A stretch of 64,000 nucleotides of DNA from Craspedostauros australis. Its lineage: Eukaryota. The position numbers and the translations under genes were made by a program. The stretch covers positions 1 through 64,000 of the forward strand of contig JALAGF010004104.1 of NCBI GenBank assembly GCA_030167865.1, given 5' to 3'. Below, one piece after another: positions 56,396 through 64,000 of this stretch (its first letter is position 1; each line of letters starts with the position of its first letter). The notes under the pieces are model-generated. The model was given only the letters and a program-made list of their open reading frames with translations, was not told the DNA's origin and made no database searches.

Positions 56396-58924
56396 ATGTC
56401 ATATCCAGCACAGGTGCACACCGCCACTCCGGCGCACATGCCTCAGCCAGGCGGCTCCGCCATGGGAGGCGCTCCAGGAGGCCCGGGATCGGCCGCCATC
56501 CCAGACTCGTACTTCACGGAGTCTCGCAAGGGCGAGGTGAACGAGCTGCGCAACCTCCTGCGCAACTTCGCCACGGAGCGCAGCCAGCAGCGCAAGCGAG
56601 ACATCCTGAAGAAGGTCATCGGCTACATGACCATCGGCATCGACGTCTCCAGGCTCTTCACCGAGATGATGCTGGCCATCGAGACGCGCGACCTCGTCAT
56701 CAAGAAGATGGTCTACCTCTACCTGTGCAACTACGCCAACACGCACCCCGATCTGGCGCAGATGTGCATCAACACGCTGCAGAAGGACTGCGGCAACGAG
56801 GACCCCATGGTCAGGGGCCTGGCGCTGCGCGCGCTCTGCTCCCTCAACCTGCCGCAGATGGTGGAGTACATCGGCGAGCCGCTGCGCCGCTCCCTGCAGG
56901 ACCACCATGCCTACGTGCGCAAGACCGGCGTCATGGGCATCCTCAAGCTCTACCATCTGGACCCGGACTCCTTCCGCGAGGCCAACTTCGTCGACATCCT
57001 CTACGACATGCTCAAGGACGTCGACTCCTCCGTGGTCTCCAACGCCATCCTCGTGCTCAACGAGATCCTGGCGCACGAGAAATCGCCCAACGGCGGCATG
57101 GCCATCAACCGCGCCATCATGCTGCACCTGCTCAACCGCATCCACGAATTCGCAGAGTTCCAGATCCTCCAGGTGCTGGACCTCGTGCCGCGCTACATCC
57201 CGGCCAACGCGGAGGAGGGCTTCCAGATCATGAACCTCCTGGACCCCATCCTCAGGACGTCGTCGTGCGCCGCTGTGCTGTCCACCGTGCGCGGATTCCT
57301 CTCCTTGGCCGATCAGATTGGCGGTGACGACCACACTGAGATGAAGCAGCAGGTCGTGGGACGCGTCAAGGCCTCGCTCATCACGCTCATGGCATCCGGC
57401 AGCAGCGAGATGGAGTTCTGTCTGCTCAAGCAAATCAAGGCGCTGGTGGAGCTGTGTCCGGGATCCTTCGATGACGAGTACCGCCAGTTCTACATCCGCT
57501 ACAACGAACCAACGCACGTCAAGTACCTCAAGGTCGAGGTCCTCGCCTTGCTGGCCAATCCGGAGACCGCCCCGGACATCGTCGCCGAGCTGTCCGAGCT
57601 CGTCCAATCCAACGACACGGACCTGTCGCGTCTGGCCATCCGCAGCTTGTCCCGCATCGCATGCCGCAACACGGGTGGTCCAGGTTGCGCGGAAGCCATC
57701 GCGCAGCGCATGGTGGAATGGATGGACTTCTACTCGGTGGAGCACATCCCGTCCGAAGCTGCCACCGCGCTCACGCTGATGGTTCGCAAGCATCCATCGC
57801 TCAAGCCCATGTGCAGCATCTCGCTGGCCCGCACCCTCAAATACCTAAAGGAACCCGCAGGCAAGGCCAGCGTCATCTACCTTCTGGGCGAATGCGGTGA
57901 CACAGTCGCCGAGGCGCCTTATGCCATCGAGAAGCTCATCGATTCCTACGGCACCATCGAGGATGTCACCGTCAAGATGGCGCTGCTCAATGCCACGATG
58001 AAGCTCTTCTTCAAGCGGCCGCCGGAAGTCCAACGCATGCTGGGCCGCTTGCTGCATGCGGCAACGGACGACGTCTCCTCCCAGGATCTGCACGATCGTG
58101 CGCTGCTGTACTACCGTTTGCTGCAGTCCGGAGCCGATCCAAAGTCTGTCATCGCGTCAGTCCTCAACACGGATGCGACGCTGTCGGCGGAGAACGAATT
58201 CGCCGAAGACGACGACCAGGTGCTGCGACAGGGGCTGATGAAGGAGTTCAATTCGCTTGCCACCATCTACGACAAACCGAGCATCGGATTCGTCAGCGAG
58301 AAGTTCCAGGTCAGCTACAAGATGATGCCAGATGAACATCCTCTGGAGGACATGGGTGGAGGAGCAACCGCAAGTCACGTCCCCGCTGCGCCATCCGGCA
58401 TGTCCGAGCAAGCTACGTCCAGCACGCCAGCAGCACCACAGCAGGAGTACCAACAGCCAGCACCGGCAGGTGGTGCCGTGACGGACCTCTTGGGCTTTGG
58501 CGGATCCGCGGAGCCCGCTGCTGCTCCTGCAGCACCTGCCGGAGGCATTGTTTTGGAAGCTCAGGGCACGATGACTGGGGAGGAATACCAAGGCGCGTGG
58601 GGCAGCATGCCCGACTCTGCAGCAGTCGTCGGCATGGTCATGCTGCCACGAATCCCACCGTCTACAGACGTCGTGGAAGCTGCGCTGGCGAGCGAAAACA
58701 TCTCCACCATGGCCAGCGGTGAGCTACCAGCAGAATTCAAATTCTTCCTCTATGCCAAAGACGCAGCATCCGGATCCCTCTTCCTTATCCAATCCAACAT
58801 TTCCAAGCAAGATGCAGAACCGATGATGATCCTCACGGTCAAGGTCAGCGGCGGAGACGGTGCTGATACCCAGCGCAAGGTCGATCAGCTCGTTGCAATC
58901 GCGCAAAAGGTACTCGCGGTGTAA
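56396..58924 (+). CDS. AP4B1: AP-4 adaptor complex beta subunit (beta-adaptin)
   Basis: KKVIGYMTIGIDVSRLF, KKMVYLYL, DPMVRGLALR, YVRKT, QDLHDRALLYYRLL, EFNSLATIY; C-terminal appendage. Confidence 0.9.
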   Translation: MSYPAQVHTATPAHMPQPGGSAMGGAPGGPGSAAIPDSYFTESRKGEVNELRNLLRNFATERSQQRKRDILKKVIGYMTIGIDVSRLFTEMMLAIETRDLVIKKMVYLYLCNYANTHPDLAQMCINTLQKDCGNEDPMVRGLALRALCSLNLPQMVEYIGEPLRRSLQDHHAYVRKTGVMGILKLYHLDPDSFREANFVDILYDMLKDVDSSVVSNAILVLNEILAHEKSPNGGMAINRAIMLHLLNRIHEFAEFQILQVLDLVPRYIPANAEEGFQIMNLLDPILRTSSCAAVLSTVRGFLSLADQIGGDDHTEMKQQVVGRVKASLITLMASGSSEMEFCLLKQIKALVELCPGSFDDEYRQFYIRYNEPTHVKYLKVEVLALLANPETAPDIVAELSELVQSNDTDLSRLAIRSLSRIACRNTGGPGCAEAIAQRMVEWMDFYSVEHIPSEAATALTLMVRKHPSLKPMCSISLARTLKYLKEPAGKASVIYLLGECGDTVAEAPYAIEKLIDSYGTIEDVTVKMALLNATMKLFFKRPPEVQRMLGRLLHAATDDVSSQDLHDRALLYYRLLQSGADPKSVIASVLNTDATLSAENEFAEDDDQVLRQGLMKEFNSLATIYDKPSIGFVSEKFQVSYKMMPDEHPLEDMGGGATASHVPAAPSGMSEQATSSTPAAPQQEYQQPAPAGGAVTDLLGFGGSAEPAAAPAAPAGGIVLEAQGTMTGEEYQGAWGSMPDSAAVVGMVMLPRIPPSTDVVEAALASENISTMASGELPAEFKFFLYAKDAASGSLFLIQSNISKQDAEPMMILTVKVSGGDGADTQRKVDQLVAIAQKVLAV

Positions 58925-59649
58925 CGCAACCAAGCGAGCATCTCAATTAACAGCATCACCAGAGCATTGCAAGTCCTTCTAGTCTCGTATGGCTGTGCCA
59001 ATGGAATTGGAGGTGACGCGATCATGGTACTTCATTGGAGTCTCTCCGGAGAGAGGCGCCATCAACAATCCCTGCAGTTTCGTCGCTCTCTTCGTCCTCG
59101 TAGCCTGTCTGTCTGTGTGTATTTGTCTGTTTACAAACCAGCGAGTACTGATTCCAGCACTGGAATGGTGATTTGAGTTCAATGAACATACAACGCTCCT
59201 TTTCCATGATACTATCACTAGTACCTGTTTGATTTCAATGTACCGTGTGATGGGTATCATCGTGTCACCAACCACACAGCGAAACAACACAGACTACACA
59301 CAGCACACCATTCCCAACCACACACGCACACACATACACATGTCACAACCTCACGCAACTGGATTGGTATTATCGGTACCACACGATCACATCATAGCTC
59401 GCACGACATGGCGTGATGCTTGCACAACACGGCTGATCTGCTCTACGTATTCGAAAGCACCACATTCGAATTGGCGCGTGAATATTGCTATCCCCGCGGT
59501 GCTTCCTCATGATCGTTCGTGAAGCAAGAGCTGCCGTTGCACAAACCGAAACCACCAACGCACATGGCATCGAAACCACCAGTCAATCCGTCATTGGCCG
59601 CCGAGCAAATCCATCGATCGATCGTCCGTCCATTGGTCATTCATCAATC

Positions 59650-61668
59650 ATGACACGAACAACTGCGATACCATTGGCAGTAAAATGGACAGGAACATGG
59701 ACAACAACAAAGCAAGCGACAGCGCTGATCCTTCTGTTACTTCTCCAAGCACTGCTGTTGGTGCACGTTGCAGACGCGTTCGTTGTGGAGCGATCGAGCA
59801 GAGGTCCATTGGCATCTTCCAGCTATGTGGCTTCCTTTCGGTCAAATTCACACGCCATGCAATCTGAGGCCGTGTGTGGCGGTGGCTTCATAGCAAGGAA
59901 TGCTCCACATCTACATCCACACCTGCAGCAACGTCAGCATCGGCACAAGTGGGAAATCAAGCAGAGCAGACAAAACACTCCCACGTCGCTGGCAGCCACA
60001 AAACGATCACACACAATCAACGACACCGGTAGAGACAAGGATGAAAACGAGGACATACTCGGCGGCGCAACCGGCGACTCCTCATCGATGCTCTTTGGGA
60101 TCCCAACAGACGTGATGCAGCCCCTCGCAATCTTGCTGCTGTCGCAGTTCATCTTGTTCCTGGGAGTTGGCGCAGTCATCCCATCCATCCCGCTGTACGG
60201 AAAGGAAATCGGCCTGTCATCGGCGGCAAATGGAATCGTCATCTCAGCCCCGGCCGTGGCATTGCTGCTTGCTGCCAAGTCCGGCGGCACCTTCGCTGAT
60301 CGTGGGCGCAGGCCAGCCATGCTGATCGGCATGGCGGTCATCGCAGCCTCAGATGTCGGCACAGCACTGGCCACATCGATCGCGCCGCTGGTCGTCGCCC
60401 GGCTGGGATTGGGATTGGGACGCTGCGTGTCAGAAGCTGGCGAACGCGGAATGCTTGCAGATCTGGCGGGACGGGTGCCGGACATTCGAGGCAGGATCTT
60501 GGCAGCTCAGCAGGCCGTGGTGGCACTGGGGATTGCCATCGGTGCGCCCTTTGGCGGGGTGGTGGTGGAGCAGTATGGCCCTCGGGCCTCGTTTCTTTGC
60601 GTGAGTGCTGCGGCAATCGTGGCGCTGTTGATGTATTGCTTTCTTCCGGAAACGACTGGGATTAATGCATCGCGGCAGCTGGAGGGTGAGTTGCAGAAGA
60701 GCAGCGCCAGTGCCAGCGCCAGTGGAGGTGCAGGTATCGACACAGACATGGGCATGGCCACGGACATGGCCGCCGAAACGAACAAGCGGACTTCTTTCAT
60801 CGAGTCCATCTTCATCGCTCCACCGGAAGCCGTTGAGAGTGCGACAGGACCCCAGCAACAGAAAAAGAAGAGAACGCAGCAGCAATCGCAGCAGCAGCAG
60901 CAGCAGCAGCAGCTGGAAGAAGAAGAGGAGGTGGGATGGGGGGAGCTGCTGCAGAATAACTCATGGAAAGGCTTGGCGCTGTGCCAGGTTGGTGCCACGT
61001 TCGGATTTGCCGCCAAGATAGCAAGCATTCCCATCCTGGCAACAGCAGTACTTCCTGGTGGAGCCGCTGGTGCGGGCGCGCTGGTATCCGCGTGTGGGTT
61101 GAGCGGGTTGCTTGGTGCGCCGTTCGGCGGCTGGTTGACAGATCGCACAGATGCCAGGTTCACCGCCCTTGTCAGCGGAGTCATCAGCAGCGTTGGATTG
61201 ATGGCCATACCGCTGGCATTGAATGGCGATGTGGACGCAATACTGCACACCACGAATAGCCTCGTGCTTGATGCGCCGCTTCTGGGTGGGCAGCTGACAT
61301 CTTCGGCCATCGCGTTCACATTGGTGGTCCTCGGCTGGAGTTTGGGCGCAACAGCGCAAGGACCAGCTCTGACGGCCTTTGCCCAAGAGATGGCGCCACT
61401 GGGATCAGAAGCAACGGCGCTTGCTCTGCCTCGTGCGGCCGGTGATGCCGCGTACATCGTGGCTCCGTTCCTTCTTGGTCTGGCTGCCGATTCGATGCCC
61501 ACCCTTCAGGGCGTAGAATGCGCATTTGCTGGCCTGGCCTCCTTGATTGGAGTTGCGCTGTTCCTCGCTTTGAGCGATAGTGATGGCGATGGCGTTCGTA
61601 CTCGTGCTCGTGCTCGTGCTCGATCCCAGAAGATGGATCCATCCTCTGGCCCATCCGCATTATCGTGA
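59650..61668 (+). CDS. MFS transporter, copy 2
   Basis: Same translation as copy 1 except the N-terminus (WTGTWTT vs WTATWTATWTATWTT). Confidence 0.9.
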   Translation: MTRTTAIPLAVKWTGTWTTTKQATALILLLLLQALLLVHVADAFVVERSSRGPLASSSYVASFRSNSHAMQSEAVCGGGFIARNAPHLHPHLQQRQHRHKWEIKQSRQNTPTSLAATKRSHTINDTGRDKDENEDILGGATGDSSSMLFGIPTDVMQPLAILLLSQFILFLGVGAVIPSIPLYGKEIGLSSAANGIVISAPAVALLLAAKSGGTFADRGRRPAMLIGMAVIAASDVGTALATSIAPLVVARLGLGLGRCVSEAGERGMLADLAGRVPDIRGRILAAQQAVVALGIAIGAPFGGVVVEQYGPRASFLCVSAAAIVALLMYCFLPETTGINASRQLEGELQKSSASASASGGAGIDTDMGMATDMAAETNKRTSFIESIFIAPPEAVESATGPQQQKKKRTQQQSQQQQQQQQLEEEEEVGWGELLQNNSWKGLALCQVGATFGFAAKIASIPILATAVLPGGAAGAGALVSACGLSGLLGAPFGGWLTDRTDARFTALVSGVISSVGLMAIPLALNGDVDAILHTTNSLVLDAPLLGGQLTSSAIAFTLVVLGWSLGATAQGPALTAFAQEMAPLGSEATALALPRAAGDAAYIVAPFLLGLAADSMPTLQGVECAFAGLASLIGVALFLALSDSDGDGVRTRARARARSQKMDPSSGPSALS

Positions 61669-62353
61669 TGGATTCCAGCTCGATGCAGTGCGCAGAACGA
61701 GCAGGGATGCAATCAATCGATCAATCAATCGATCAATCAAAGCATACGTAGAGTGTGGTGCTCCATTTGTAAGCGCGGACGTAATCAGTGCTTACTCTTA
61801 TGATGTGCATTGATTGCTATGGTGCTTGTTGTGGTGCATGTTGTTTGCATGTCTATGTTATGTTAGGTTGGGTGACTTCGCCTTCCACCACTTCGTGCGG
61901 CCCGTGCCATCTTTGAATCCTTCGCTCTCTTCTCATAACCTGCACGGAGTTCGAGTTTGGGAGAATCGCGCAAAAAGAGCTGCTGTGACGAACACAGAGG
62001 GCGACAATGGCAATGGCGATGTTTTATGGTAGGTCGTACATGGAGCTGCAGCGCTCTGCATCTATTCCCAACAGCGCAAGACAATGGGAGTCGAGTACTG
62101 CTGTGTTTGCTTTGAGCATGGGTGCAGACTTCCCTGCTCTCTAATATTATGTAATAGGTGGGAGTGTACGAGTATAATGGCACGGGTAGGTAGGTAGGTA
62201 GGCAGGGAGGGAGGTGGGTAGGTAAATAGGTAGGTAGGAACAGTGTCAAATGAACCATGCGTTGCGAACTGTTTATGCATCGGTATGCGCTGGTGTGAAC
62301 CGGTATCAACTGATATACGCCTGTGAGACTGCAGGAGTGTCCTCTTGGCTAAG

Positions 62354-63528
62354 CTACACCTCTTGCCATTGCTGCACATCGCTCGTGTATCCTTCATCTC
62401 CCACACGGCTAGATGACACAACAATGTCTGCAGGGACGGTGCTGGAAGTGGTCATCGCGTCGCCGTTGTCAGTGGGGAAGAATCTCTTTCCAAGGAACGA
62501 CAACTGTTCTGGAGATTCTCCATTTGTCGCGTTAGTGGCAGTGTCCGCATTCATGCTGGTATGGAGGCTGGCAACCACATCCGCAGAAGTCGTACCCGCT
62601 GCTGTACTTGCCGTCATGTCTGTCGCCACACTGGAGTCTCTACTTGAGTGGCTTGTGAAGCTGCTACGCCTGCTTGTGTCGCAGCTGGATTCGTCACGAC
62701 GGTAGCAGTTCCTACTGCCCACTGATGCATTTCCTCCGCACAAATCCTCTCTCTCGGCTTGGGCAATAGGCAATGCTAGGTATGGCTTGGTGGTTACAGT
62801 TGCGGTTGCGGTTGCGATCGTCTTTGATTGTGTGCTTGGTTGTTCTGTTGCTGCCTCCGCCTTGGAATTAGTCTGGCTCTTCTGGCGGACGACGCGTTCG
62901 TGCAGCTCTTCCTGATCTCTCAAGAAGCTTGGATGACGATAGGATCCTCGGAATGTGGCTTTGCATTCTCTAATGAAGCCATACAGCTGCAGCTGTTGAT
63001 TGTGCACAAAGATCAAGGGTAAATGGTACACGGGCAAAAGGTAAAGGATACGAAAGGATTAGGGGAAGGGGATGTGTGAGTATAAGAGGGTTGCCAGCGT
63101 GGTAGGCCACACGATCGATGGCGCAGGAGCGTGCTGTTGCGTTGGGACAATCTCAAAAGAGCACCGGGATGGCAGGTACAAATGGCATCTTGATAGAAGT
63201 ACCCTACTCGTATGGTACGTACCTGCCTGGTGAAGCTTCTGAACTTGGTCTGTCTGAAGTAGCGAGGCATGATATGTTCCACGAATCCATCCACGCTATG
63301 CACCTTGAATGCTTTTCCGTTGGCAACCCAGGATACGATGTGCTCGTTGCCGTCTGCCGCGGCATCCCGGAGCATGCGATGGAGTTTGCATGGGAATGTC
63401 TTGTTGTGCCTGTTCTTGCGCCGAGTGGCCTGTCGCTTGGCATTGGAGATCGCCTGCTGCTTCTGAAGCTTGGCGATGTCAAGGTTGGGGAGGAAGACCC
63501 TGGGAGTGTGGTTCGTTGTCATCATCAT
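62354..63528 (-). CDS. HSF transcription factor, copy 2; exons 63528-63223, 62992-62354
   Basis: Translations identical to 8056-9230. Confidence 0.93.
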
Positions 63529-64000
63529 CTTGAACGAGAGCGAGATCGTCAGCGTGAGCGTGAGCGGAAACAGAGGTGAAGAAGAGAGTGAATGCTACTG
63601 GAAGTGTTGCTGTGTTGCTGTGTTGGTACGAGTAGTGCTGAGATGCGGTGTGTGTTCTGTGGTTGTTGCGGATTTGAATATTGTGAGACCTGTTGGGTTT
63701 GTGGGTGGATCCGTAGTTCGATGTGTTTTGTCCTTGAGTACTCGCAGAGTGGGGTCAGCGTAGAGTGGAGTAGAGTGGAGTATAGGGAAGCGGGGCAATC
63801 TCAGTTCTGATCTTTCAGTGTTTTTTCTCTCTGGTCTTTTGCCGTGCTCTCCTTGGATTTGTCCGGTCTTGGCTATTGACGTGTACCGCCTACTCCATCC
63901 TTATCTGATCTTGGTAACGTTGGATTCTTATGGTGCGTACACACTTCGCCTCTCCTCTCCTCTTCCTGCCGCTTCTTCCCTTCCCATTTCGTCTCCGGTT

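Larger units (their letters stand above)
59270..64000 (-). repeat. right arm of long inverted repeat (truncated by window end)
   Basis: Reverse complement of 7584-12345; 31 bp shorter because of 24, 4 and 3 bp indels near the inner end. Confidence 0.97.

Noticed and set aside
54252-57793. - strand ORFs of 450 and 464 aa
   Set aside because: By-products of high GC3 in the AIFM2-like and AP4B1 genes

Overview
Eukaryotic nuclear DNA, most likely from a diatom or related ochrophyte. This is inferred from short GT-AG introns, several bipartite signal+'AF'-type plastid presequences, a DUF6824 protein and Q/N-rich low-complexity proteins. About 17 protein genes are supported: bZIP TF, HSF TF (x2), MFS transporter (x2), DUF6824 protein, EGY-like M50 protease, NSF-like AAA ATPase, CS+SAP protein, HutX/ChuX-like protein, F-box/WD40 protein, DTW+GNAT fusion, single-TM protein, nitroreductase, inositol 5-phosphatase, PDZ/PX/VPS9 protein, a small conserved protein, AIFM2/FSP1-like oxidoreductase and AP-4 beta. 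There is also one tRNA-Pro(CGG). The dominant structure is a long inverted repeat, 7584-12345 vs 59270-64000, which runs off the window end. Each arm carries an HSF+MFS gene pair and the arms enclose a ~46.9 kb unique segment. The outer ~4.3 kb of the arms look identical while the inner ~465 bp are clearly diverged. The most interesting gene-level candidates are the DTW-GNAT fusion (possible acp3U-forming plus acylating enzyme), a presequence-bearing NSF-like ATPase with a replaced N-domain, and a plastid-type HutX-like protein. All family calls come from motif recognition by eye; no database searches were run.
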